Below are positions 41,901 through 53,900 of a DNA stretch of 64,000 nucleotides, one piece after another (the stretch's first letter is position 1; each line of letters opens with the position of its first letter). Both the position numbers and the translations under genes were made by a program. The DNA is from Raja brachyura. Its lineage: Eukaryota. The stretch lies in NCBI GenBank assembly GCA_963514005.1, contig OY740799.1, forward strand, positions 33,232,001 to 33,296,000. The letters run 5' to 3'. The notes beneath the pieces were generated by a model. That model did no database searches, had not been told where the DNA came from, and saw only the letters and a list, made by a program, of their open reading frames with translations.

Positions 41901-44900
41901 CAAAGAGTTCAACCACATACAAATGTTACTGCTGAATGCCTTGTTGATTATAAATTTGCAGTGGCTTTTGTTGTAGTTATTCCACAACTTCTTTTAATTT
42001 ATGTAATATATGCTGATTTTGTTACTACTCTCCCAAATTCTTCAAGTTGAATATAAAGGACATGTATGCATTTGTTTACAGAAGAAACAACAACACCAAC
42101 AACAACAACAGCCACGACCACAACAGAAACAACTCCCACGGTGCCACCAAGCACCACCACCACCTACACAACAGGTGAGTGATCACCTCTGTCAGTAGGT
42201 TATTACCAGCCGTAACGTTCAGTCATTCGATTTCAACTTCTGCTTGCCCTCACTTGAATCATTCTTCAAGTTGCATGTAATGCTTTTATTTGCAGAAAAA
42301 ACAACAACAACACCAGGGCTACCCACAACCACGTCTACCACCAGCCCCACAACTGGTGAGTAATGCATTTTATTAATCATTTTAACACAAATATGCTCAA
42401 ATACAGTACCACTCGCAGGTTGTGACAATGTTGATCACTCTTGCCTTGTGTGGCACAATTTTACATCAGCAGCTCATGGGATGTAATTGAATTTCAAAGT
42501 CTTGAGATTCAAACTAAAATGGTGCTTTAATGCAATGCAAAGGAACGACAGTAATGCCCAAAATATGTGCTGGAGTTGAAACACATACAAATATTACTGC
42601 TGAATGTAGTATGGATTGTATATTTGCAGTGACTATGTTGAAATATTATTCCACAACTTCTTTTAATTTGTGCAATATATGTTCATTTTGTTGTTCCTCT
42701 CTCAAATGTGTAATTCTTCAAGTTGAATGTAAAGGCCGTGTTTGTATGTGTTTACAGAAAAAACTATAACAACAGTGATGACAACAACAGAATCTACCAC
42801 CAGTCCCACAACTGGTGAGTGATAACTACTCTCAATGTAAACCCATGGGTTTTTCTATCACAGCTAAGCTCATAAACATTATTTTCAGTTGCACTCCTTT
42901 TCCCTTCCTTTCTTCAATTTCACTTCATCCATAACAGGTGAGTGATCACCTCTGTCAGTATATACTCACTGGCTGTTGGGTTTGGTTTGTTCAATTAAAA
43001 CTTCATCTCATCTTCAGTAAAAGTCTAATAATTTGACCTTTCCACTACAATTTCCAATAACAAGCTTTGTTCTAAATATTGAATGAAGGGTCCTGAAATT
43101 TATTTCTGCAGACAATTATTAGAATCATCTTCTTTAAATGATGGCTACTATGATGATCAGCCAGCCTGTGTGAGTCTCATTAAGGCATCTCTCATGGGTA
43201 ATTAAACTATGTAATTCATAATAAAAGTGCAATGGTAGGTTTTTTGGTGATTGCCATAAATAAGTGGGTACACAATGCTAAAATGCATTGAGGTTTTGCA
43301 AGAGAAGAAAATATTTTTTCCATGTCTAAATTGTTTTCACATTTCTCAATAATTTCTCAGCATTACACTTGAAAATTCCAAGTGATCATCAGTATGTTAA
43401 ATGCAGTTAACACAAAATTATGTTCTTTTGAAAGTCGAGTTTACTTGTGATACAGATAAATCGCCCTGCACATTATATTGCTGAATGGAGTCTGGTTATA
43501 ATTTTGAAGCCATTTGCTGAAAATATTTTTTTCACAATCATTTATCGGGTTAATTTGCCTTTCTTCAAGTTGAATGTAAAGGACATGTATGCATTTGTTT
43601 ACAGAAGAAACTACACCCCATGAAGAATGTTTCTGTGATTCAGATCCACCAAGAAGGGTAATTGTTTCACCCAATTGGGCAGATTTGATGTGGTCGTAAA
43701 TTTGTACTGGATACTTTACCTTTAAAATGTTGCCTTTAATTTACCTAATATCTTATTGTAGTTATCAGAATAAATTGCAATTTTTAACGGCAATGTCTCG
43801 GCTTTGCTTTGGGCTTAATGACATAGTTTATATCCTCAACATTCTATTGAACTCTGAGCTGAATTTCTAACCGTATGTCTTCATGTCAAGCACTACCTTC
43901 CGAAACTAATAACATTACACATCTCTTCACCTGTTTCACTATGTTGCCGCCAAACCTTTCATACACTCTTCTGCTTCTCCAGAGTTGACTCTTCCATTAT
44001 TTATCCACTTGGCCTAGCTCCATCCTTCTGCTTCTAATATCCGAGCCTATGCCACTTTGGATTTATCCAACACCTTTATGTAGTTTTTCCTACATTGTCC
44101 ACCAATGTCTCAGTCTTAAAATTCTCACCCTCCCTGCCTCATCCCTCCATAATCTTAACCAGCACTGAAGGTATTCAAAAACTCTGATCTCTCATTATTG
44201 GCGGCTGGATTTTCAGCCATCTAATAAACAGTATTTTGTTTTTCCAAACATTCCATCACAATAAGAGGCTTCTATGGTTCAGAGAAACCAACACGTGATG
44301 CCCTTTCATATTCAAATGGTTTAGTTGGAAACTAATGCAGCCAAGCCACCCCAAAATATGCTTTTTCATTTGCAGTAACATGCATAATTCAAACAACATG
44401 ACAAATGTGTAACCTTTTGATGTATACATTTTTTGTCATCCTTCCTTAGTGCAATGAAACATGGAAAGAGAACTGTGCAACCCTTACTTGTGTTAAAGAT
44501 GAAATGTTCAAAATTGAACATGTTGCCTGTGAATTACCCATGAAACCAAAATGTTCCAATGGATTAAACCCTATCAGAGTTGAAACTCAAGATGGTTGCT
44601 GTTCAAAGTGGGATTGTGAATGTAAGTCTTTTAATTGATTAAGATTCATCTTTCTTTTGCCAGTGGAAAAGTAATTGTCTTCATTTTTGTTTTTATTATA
44701 CATGAATCTAAACGGATTTTTTTTTTTAGATGATTGTCAGATATGGGGAGGACGACATTATCGTACCTTTGATGGGATATTCTATAACTTCTTTGAAAAT
44801 TGTACACATATTCTCGTGCAAGAAATTATCCCAAAATACAATTTTACTGTGATACTCGATAATTATTACTGCACATCATCAGCGCCTAAATCCTGTCAAC

Positions 44901-47900
44901 AAACATTAATTATCCATTACCAAGGAAATGTCATATATTTAACAACCGGACATCAACCCAGTGTAAGTAATGTCTTCATATATATTAATGCATAGTTGTA
45001 TGTCAGTTTCACAAACCCTTTTCCATACTGGCAGTCATTCTCACATTTCAATGTATCTTTTTTTCCTTTGCTATGTGATATTTAATAATATTTGGCTCTA
45101 AATGTTTCCTCACATGTTAGATACACGTGAAAAAAAAAACATTTCCTGTTGTTTCCAATTTTATTCTTTGCTACACTCCCAGGAGAGCAATAATATTTTA
45201 CAGTGTCATTGGTAAATCAAGACAAAACTACAGATAGTGTCAATGTTAAACTAAAACAGAAAGTGCTGAGCAGGTTAAGCTGCTTGGCTTCTAAACAAGA
45301 CGATAAAGAGTTGTCAGGATGGCTGTGGGAGTCAGACAAAGCGTAGTTGAGAAATGGCACAAGGTAGATCTCTGAACTACTCTTTGTCTCACCTTAAAGG
45401 TATATTGTAAGTACCTTGTAAGCGCTGTATTCCATTCTCCTAGTTCGTCCGTCTTAATCATATTTGAACACTTCCACACATCTGCCTGTAAAATGTCTTC
45501 TTTCTTTCTAACCTTGTATTTGCATTAAAAAAGACATTCCGTACAGTCACCTCAAAAATGTCTTCTCTCTTTCTTAATCACTATTTCTTCTCTACCAATG
45601 TTAATGAATTTCTTGACTGCTCCTCATCTATTTCCTGTACCTCTGCTCCCCCGAGACAGAACAAGGATGGTGTTAGTCAAAAATGCTGGAGAACCTCAGC
45701 GGGTGAGGCAGCATCTATGCAATGAAGGAAATAGACAACGTTTTGGTTCGAAACCCTTCTTCAAACTGATGTGAGGGTGGAGGGAATGAGGTGGGGGGGG
45801 GGGGGGGGGGGGGGAAGAAGAAAGGAAGAGGCGGAGCCAGTGGGTTTAGAAGGGGAGGAGAAAGTAAGGACTACCTGAAATTAGAGAAGTAAATGTTTAT
45901 ACCGCTGGGGTGAAAACTGCTCAAGCAAAATATGAGGTGCTACTCCTCAAATTTACGGTGGTCCTCACTCTGGCCATGGAGGAGGCCCAGGACAGAAAGG
46001 TCGGATTCGGAATGGGAGGGGGGGGTTGAAGTGCTGAGCCACCGGGAGATCAGGTTGGTGTTAGTCTGTTCCTGACATTCCAGCCCCCCCCAGTCTCCAC
46101 ATTCAACAGATAATTCTCTACAATTAATGTTACGTTGAAAGAGATTCCACCACCAGACACATCTTCTCCTTTCCTCCCCTTTCAGCATTTGCAGGAACCA
46201 TTCCTTTTGTGACTCCCTGATCCACTATTCTGCTCCCCTCCCTCCAGCCAGCCAATTCATTATTGAATTTCCTCTCTCGACCATAGGTGATGCAACGCTC
46301 GTCGTTTTGATTTTTATCCTCCTTGTGTTTTATTTTACTAAATTTATTGAGAAAACTGATAATCTTTAATTTATTCAAGGTTATTGTAATTTAGTACCAC
46401 TTGGAAGATTAAATATCACTTTTCACACCAATTTAGTATACTCTTGACCCAACATTTTCAGAATAAATCGATTGCAGATTCATCATTCTGGCAAAGAGCA
46501 TCCAGTCCACATTTTATGGGCAATTTCTGATATTTATTCTGTATTTACACGTCCACGAGATTATCTTTCAGTCCATATTCCCACCTTCATTACATTTACA
46601 CTATATCTATCTTGTTCTTCAACCTCTCCTGACTCCATCTGACAAGCATTTGAAGTTCAATAATTCCTGGACTCAATCGAGCTGTGAGTGTTTAAGAAAA
46701 AACTGAAGATACTGGAAAAATCGAAGGGAGACAAAAATGCTGGAGAAACTCAGCGGGTGAGGTAGCATCTATGGAGAGAAGGAATAGGTGACATTTCAGG
46801 TCAAGACCCTTTGTCAACCCTCTGGGATTCAATATCATTAACCAGTGAATTATATGCTGTGTCAGATATATGATCCCTGGTCCCTATTGATTTTAATGAT
46901 ATTCAGGTTCAGCAGATGAGGAGGCAATGGGAGGCTTGGTAATTATTTTTTCTTTGAGTTAATCTTTATTTTTGTGATTGTTTCTGTTTTTGAAGAATTT
47001 ATTTTTCACTTAATTTTCTTATTTAATTATTTTCTTCAATTTTCATGATGATAGAGACCCTTAAAACCTTAATATCAATGGGAGATTTTACATGAGGGGA
47101 TGCTACTTCCACAGCATTTCCTTTTTTCAATTCTATCAGAAGCATTCAATGGCTGGGATCTTCAGACTACATTGCAACAGCCCAATCACCATCCATTCAA
47201 CAGACTTCAGGATGCTGAAGGTCATTCAGACTGACCTATGTAAATGCAGGTGGAATGTGTAGGAACGAACTGCAGATGCTAGTTTACACCAAAGTTAGAC
47301 ACAAAAAGCCGGAGTAACTCAGCGGGTCAGGTAGCACCTCTGGAGAAAAGGAATATGTGCCGTTTTTGGGTCTAAACCCTTCAGACTGAGAGTCAGGGGA
47401 GAGGAAAACGAGAGAGATAAAAAGGTAAATAGAACAAATGAATGGAAGATATGCAAAAGGTCAAATCGAAGCCAGCAACGATGATCAAGGAAAGGTGCAG
47501 TTCTGAAATTCTGAATTTCCTTCGACCCTGAAGTGCATGGAAGCTGACATTTTGGAGATTTCACCTATTACACATTGTGAACAGGAATAGTTTCACCAAT
47601 TTTTGGGTGCGCCCTTTTTAACAAATTTGACAGCAGCATTTAAATCAGCAGTTAAAACTCAAATAAACTTTTTTTTTTGCTTCAGGAACAGGAACTGAAA
47701 CTTACTCAGCCTCTGTAGAAGTTGTAACAATGGCATTTTCCTGAAGAATGCCACTGATTATTGTTTTAATTGATATTTAATGAGTATTATTTAACAATAT
47801 GTTTCTCACAAATGAAGTCTCAACAATCTTCCATCAATTATCAACAGATTACATTCAATGGAATAGCTGAGAGCTTTCCATATAATGCTGAAGGAATTTA

Positions 47901-50900
47901 CATTTCAAAGATGGGTGTCAATGTACGTGTTCGTATTCCTTACATTCAAACCACTATTACTTGTCACAAACATGCCATCAAGATTCAAGTACCGGAGCAA
48001 TACTTCCGAGATAATACACAAGGACAATGCGGTATGAGATATGTTATTGTTTATACACAATGCTAAGATACATAGCCATATCATACAATTGTGTTTTAAT
48101 AAGTTTGTGCTGTTTGTTTGTAGCTTACTCCAACTAAGGGCAGGTACGGGGTGCATTAAATCTGTGGATTAAAGTCTGAATATTTTTCTTGCAATTACAT
48201 TTAACACAACTAATATGACCAGTAATGTACGCATCTCATCCCGCACATCACTTGTTTGCCCTTCTGACCTCAGGAAAGTATTACAGGTCCATCAAATCAC
48301 ACACAACAAGATTAACAAACAGTTTCTACCCCAAGACCATCACCACTCCGAACTCTGCACTGAACACACAGCCCCTATAGCCAAGATGTTGTACTGATAC
48401 AACACTATACTGTGAAATATTGCACATTATGACTTGACGTTTTCTTGCCGTTTTTGTTATTCGTTATTATTTATCGTTGGAGCTGAAGTTTTCTTCTATG
48501 TATTTACAATGACAAAGTGTATTATTATGATTATTATTATTTAACATGGGGTAACCTATAGTTCACGCCATTAAACTACTTCTTTACATATTTACTTATA
48601 TTTTTATAGAAAGTGAATATCCTAAAATATTGGGTGCATGTTTAACCTATTAAAGGCCTTTCCCACTTAGGCTTTTTTTTAGGCGACTATGCTATCGCCG
48701 TATGGTTGCCGGGGTGGCACTTGTATGGTCGTGAGTAGTCTCAAAGAGTCGTAGCGTCCTTCTGGTCACCGCTCGATTTTCAACGTTCAAAAAATTTGTA
48801 AGACTGTCGGCAACAGTGGGTTGACGCCAATGAGCATAGCTTGACTTCTCCTGATGTAGTTGCTGTCGTAGGTTGTCGGCAGGTGACGTAGGTTGTCGCC
48901 CGCGCTGACTTCGGTGAATTCCATTGGGGACTACCTATGTCATCCTCCGCCAACCAGCGACAGGTACCGGCGACTGAATTGCCTTCAGTTGTCGCTACAG
49001 AGTTGTAGCTTGTCGTCCTAATGGGTTGTCAGTTTTGGTGGCTTGCCGTGGCTTGACATAGACTAGGTGGTAGGTTGTTGTAGCTTGTCGTAGATATTGT
49101 CATGGGGGGGGTCCAGTCGCCGGATTTTCAGCGACCTACTACGACTATGACAGTCGCCGGCAGTCGCCTAAAATGTCGCCTAAGCGGGACAGGTCCTTTA
49201 AGCTTTTATAAAAATCAATTAAACAATAAATTGTATTGTTCTGAAATATTATTTTCTTGCTTATCGAAAATGTTCCTGCGTCATAGGTTCTCTATCCAGA
49301 AATATGAATGATGACTGTATGAGAAGAAATGGAAAAGCAGAGCCTCTTAACTGCTGCCACAAAACTGCATTTGACTGGAAGATTGATGACCCAAATAAAC
49401 CAGAGTGCAGTGCAGCTCCTACAAATGTGCCCTGTGCCCCACCTTCTCCTCCTCCATCATGTGAAAATGCAACTGTGTGTGATGTCCTGAAAGGAAAGTA
49501 TGTACTATTTAATTTTATTTCTTTAAAATGATATAATAAATTCAATTGATGACTTTATTGAACGTTAATGTTGCTGAAAATTCTGAACATAAAACATTGT
49601 AAAAGGATGAAAGGTCAGGGAGCATCTGTCACCCTTAATATTGTTTTTCCATTATATTTTCTTAATGATGTGAGTTAATATATCATAACAAGGATTACAG
49701 AGATAGCTTCAGTATTTAATTAATTTTGTGTTATGGGATCATTTATATACACCTCAGAGAGCGAATGGGACACAATTTAAAATCTAATTTGTTCTGCGCT
49801 GGAATGGAAACTGATTTTTGAAATTAAGCTTCTGAGATTGGTCATCAATTCAGATTCTGTCAGGAGTTACACCAGTTGCGACATGCCTGATGTCTTTGAA
49901 AATTAATCGGTCTCTAAGTGCCTTCAATGGAATACTGAGTACGTTTTGGTATTTGGATTAGTTTCCTCTGCCCTCAAAGTCCCTGTGCCTGTCAATATTG
50001 TTAACATGCACTGACCTGAGTCATAGCACTGGGGAGCAGGTGATACCTAGAATGCAGTCAATGGCCCTGGTCCTGTATATAGTGGAGTGGAGACTTCCTC
50101 AGCAATTTATATACCTCTCATGCTCTGAGATTGTTTAAAGGTTAGCTCTTGAACTCCGCAGTTCCTAAGTACAGAATTAAAAATATCAGTGGTGAATCTA
50201 ATGTGGGCTTGACGAAGTATTGTTCCAATAAAAAATTATCCCCCCCCTCCCCCCCCCCCCCCCTCCTCAATTCCACTTCAGCACACATGATGTGGTTTGA
50301 ATCATGTTCCTGTTGTGGGACTGCTCTTGGCTTCATTGATAGCCTGTTAATACTTCAAAATGACCTTGGAAACCATTAACACAAACATTGAGCATTATTT
50401 TGAGTGCATTAATGTCTTTGCTAAATATTTTAGCACAGAAGTTGATTTTTAAAAGACCACATGGTTCACTGTTGTCCAAGGCTATTTGCACCAAATTTAC
50501 GGTGGTCACTGATTAAATAGCAACATTGAACTGGCAAATTATCCGATCATGATCAAGATTATTTCAGGATTCAGTATTTTTTATTATTGGGGGATTTGCA
50601 CTTGCATTACTGGGAAAATGCACACCAGATATAGGTTAGGGGTGGGCATGGGAATAAATGCATTACTGTCATAGATGTGAAAAATACAGAACATTTTGAT
50701 TAACATTTTGGTAACTAGTATTTCTGGAAATCTTGCCCATTATACAGTATATACAATTAATAAGCATTCTCCCCTTTAACAAGTATTAGTCAAAAACAAC
50801 AGAGAAAGGAGTTTCTTATGTTTGTTATATGCGTTGTAATTTTATTGTTGCAATTAATGTTAACCTTTCTTAGATGTGAAATCATTTTGGGTTTTACTAA

Positions 50901-53900
50901 ATTGTAGGACTAAATACTTTATGTTCCAATTCTACAGTTCATTCAGTGGTTGCAGAAACAATAAGTATTTCGACTTCTACAACCAGGCATGTCAGTACGA
51001 CAACTGCGGGGCAAATTCCACAGAAGCTGATTGTTCCAGTGGTGAAGATGGTAGTTGTGAGTCACGTCCAGGTTCAGATTCAGGTCCAAATTCAAATTCC
51101 GGATCGGGGCAAGGTTCAAGTCCAGGTTCAAATTCCGGATCGGGGCCAGGTTCACGTCCAGGTTCAAATTCCGGATCGGGGCCAGGTTCACGTCCAGGTT
51201 CAAATTCCGGATCGGGGCCAGGTTCACGTCCAGGTTCAAATTCCGGATCAGGGCAAGGTTCAAGTCCAGGTTCAAATTCCGGATCAGGTGCAGGTTCACA
51301 TTCCGGTTCTGAAGAAAATGGTTGCTCCAGCCTTGAAGGTGGCAACTGTGGGTCGAATCCCAGAAGACCTGACTGTTCCAGCTTGGAAGCAGCTGCCCAA
51401 ATGTGCAATAGAGCGGGATGGTGTGTCGACTGGAGATCATCTGCAAATGGATTATGTGGTGAGTATTGTGAAGCAATAGTCAGGGGAATCATAGGGTAGA
51501 CAATCAGAATATTTTTTTCCCAGGATGGAAATACCAAATACTAGAGGGATAATGTTTAAAAGAAATGTGTCGAGCAAGTTGTTTACACCATGTGCAGTAA
51601 GTGCCTAATATGCACTGCTGATGGTGAAGCCAGCTACAATAATAAACTGGGACATATGATAATAAAACACTCTTGACTCTTACCTGTCTTGCTCTATCAG
51701 GAACATGCATGTCTTGAACTCTATCACACTTTTAAAAGCATCCCAATTTCTGGATGTCCCTTTGCCTGCTTACAATCTACTCCAATTAACTTTTGTAATT
51801 ACTATCCCTGAAGGGGCTGTCCCACTTGTGCGACCTAATCCGCGAGTTCAGACCAGTTTGCCCTCGACTCATACTCGCAGCATGGTCGACATGAGGTCTT
51901 TGTAACTCTCCTTCATGCTCAAGAGTAGTCCCCGTCAACATGCTGAAAAATGCCCGCGAGTAAAAAAAGGTTGCATGGAAAAAAATCGATACTTTTTTAC
52001 TCGTAGATTTAGTCGTAGTCGGTCGGCATGTTAGTCGTAGGTAATCGAGGGTAGTCAAAGGTAATCGAAGGTAGTCGTAGATAGTCTTCATCGTGGTCGA
52101 AGGAGGTCGTCTTAACTCTCCACTATTCTGTGTCCAATTTTCCCGAAGTTAGTCGTAGCTAGTCGTCGCTAGTCGAAGCTAGTCTTTAACATAGTCAAAG
52201 GAGGTCGAAGGAGGTCTTCTACCTAGTCGAAGGAGTTCTTCGACATGACATTTTTTAAAACTCTTCTAAACTCGCCAGTTAGGTCGCCCAAGTGGGACAG
52301 CCCCTTAACTTAAACTTTGGTGTGAAAATCTAGGAATTAAGAAACTTGAGGCTTGTATGTTCAACTGTGCTTTTGAAATTTGTTACCTTTAACATGAATG
52401 GAACAAATATGCAAAGATTAATACAAGTGTATACATATTGTTGAGCAAAGTTGAATCTCTTCTGGCTTTTCTTCAACTGGAAGTAGTGGTTTTATAGATA
52501 TTTTAAATGTCTCTTTATTTGATATTTTATGTTAATTCTATTTTAAGACTACATTTGTCCGGATGGTTTCATCTACAAAGCCTGTTCCAGACGTGATCAC
52601 AATTATTGTAAGAACAAGTAAGTATTTTATGATAGACTTCATATTTTCAAAATCTCTCTAATGTCTTTCATGCCAAATTTCAATATTGATATGAAACTAT
52701 AATTTAGTAAATCATTTCACATAATTATCTTTGTTGCAGTATGATGATAGTTGGAGAACATTTTGATGAGCCTGCTGAAGGTTGCTTTTGTCCGGAGGGA
52801 ATGATGCTATCTGAAGATAGGACCCAATGTGTTCCTTCATGCACAAGTAAGTTCTGTTTCCAAGTAAACATACAAATATTTATGAATCACATTTAAAATA
52901 CAGTAATATCTTGTTTAGCATTACCCTCATCACTATAAGCACTTTTCCATTTTGGAGCCTTTTTTTTCCAAAAAAAAAGAATAAAATCAATAAAGGGCCT
53001 GTCCCACAGTACGAGGTAATTCAAGAGCTCTCCCGAGTTTAAAAAAAAATCTTTAACTCGTGGGAAGTACGTAGAATGTACATAGCGGCTACGTCGGAGC
53101 TTGTGGATGTCTCGTAGCAGCTCGCAATGCTAACGGCAGGTACTTGGGAAACGCGAGCACTCGTGAAGTTTTTTCAGCACTGTGAAAAATGTCCACGAGA
53201 GTCCCGAGTACCTACGAACAGCAATTACTGTAATTCGCCAAGTTCGAATCAGGGGAAACTCGGGAGAACTCTTGAATTACCACGTACAGTGGGACAGGCC
53301 CTTGACAGTGGTCAAAATTTGCAAGTTCGAACAGCCTGCCAAGAGTGTCAATTTTTCTTTACATTCACGTAACCAATCAGAACACACCACACGTGCGCTC
53401 ACATCCGGACAGCTGCTACCTCCTAGTCCTCAGTCAAGTCATGCTCTGATGCAACTACATTGTGCACTCATTCTGGCTGTCTTGTTATAATTCGTTATAT
53501 TATCTACACAATTTTTACTTATAATGACTGGAAAACGGCCTGCAATTTCAAGTGCTGAACTGCATCTGTGGAAAAGCAGCACATTGGATGTAAAACTGTA
53601 GGTGTTAAGGCAATTGGAAGCTGGTGCGCATCAGATGAAAGTGGGTAAATCTATTAACTTGGCTACATCAATGATTCAAACCATTATTTTTTAAAAAGTA
53701 GAGAAGATAAAAGCTTGTGCCATGACAACCTCAGCGAAGGTGACTTTTTCCAGGAGCAATATTTTGGAGAAAATGGGAGAGATGTTTTGCATTTGCAATC
53801 ACAATGCCACATGCCATTAAGCCAATTTATCATCATGGAAAAAGCAAGGAGCATCTTCAGACACCAACAAGGAGAAAGTGATAGCCCCAAAACATTCACA

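Larger units (their letters stand above)
21353..42428. repeat. Tandem array unit B (period 5266 bp; copies start at 21353, 26619, 31885, 37151)
   Basis: CAAGGAAGTACA at 21353 and 26619 and onward at the same period; ORFs repeat every 5266 bp; junction GGTTGTGA-CAA-GGAAGTACA. Confidence 0.97.

Noticed and set aside
1-42428. Repeated ORFs in the track (e.g. 33-443, 1591-1887, 3109-3399, 23298-23675) as a tandem family of small genes
   Set aside because: They are intronic or off-frame readings that recur only because the DNA is duplicated; poly-Q, poly-N and poly-V stretches are alternative frames of ACA (Thr) runs.
21353-42428. Array as a pure assembly artefact
   Set aside because: Copies carry private SNPs and the edge copy is a distinct mosaic, which argues for real duplication; exact copy number still needs long-read confirmation.
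261-42814. CRISPR-like repeat-spacer array
   Set aside because: The repeats are spliceosomal exons with AG/GT boundaries and irregular long introns; eukaryotic context and no cas genes.
45790-45815. Long G run as a functional G-quadruplex
   Set aside because: A homopolymer inside a Penelope 3' region with no independent sign of function; its length is error-prone.
50943-51537. Overlapping ORFs in three other frames (QVQIPDRG, LNLAPIRN, PDPEFEPG repeats)
   Set aside because: By-products of a stop-free 36-nt repeat; only the Gly/Ser frame is continuous with the C8 cysteines and the splice phases.
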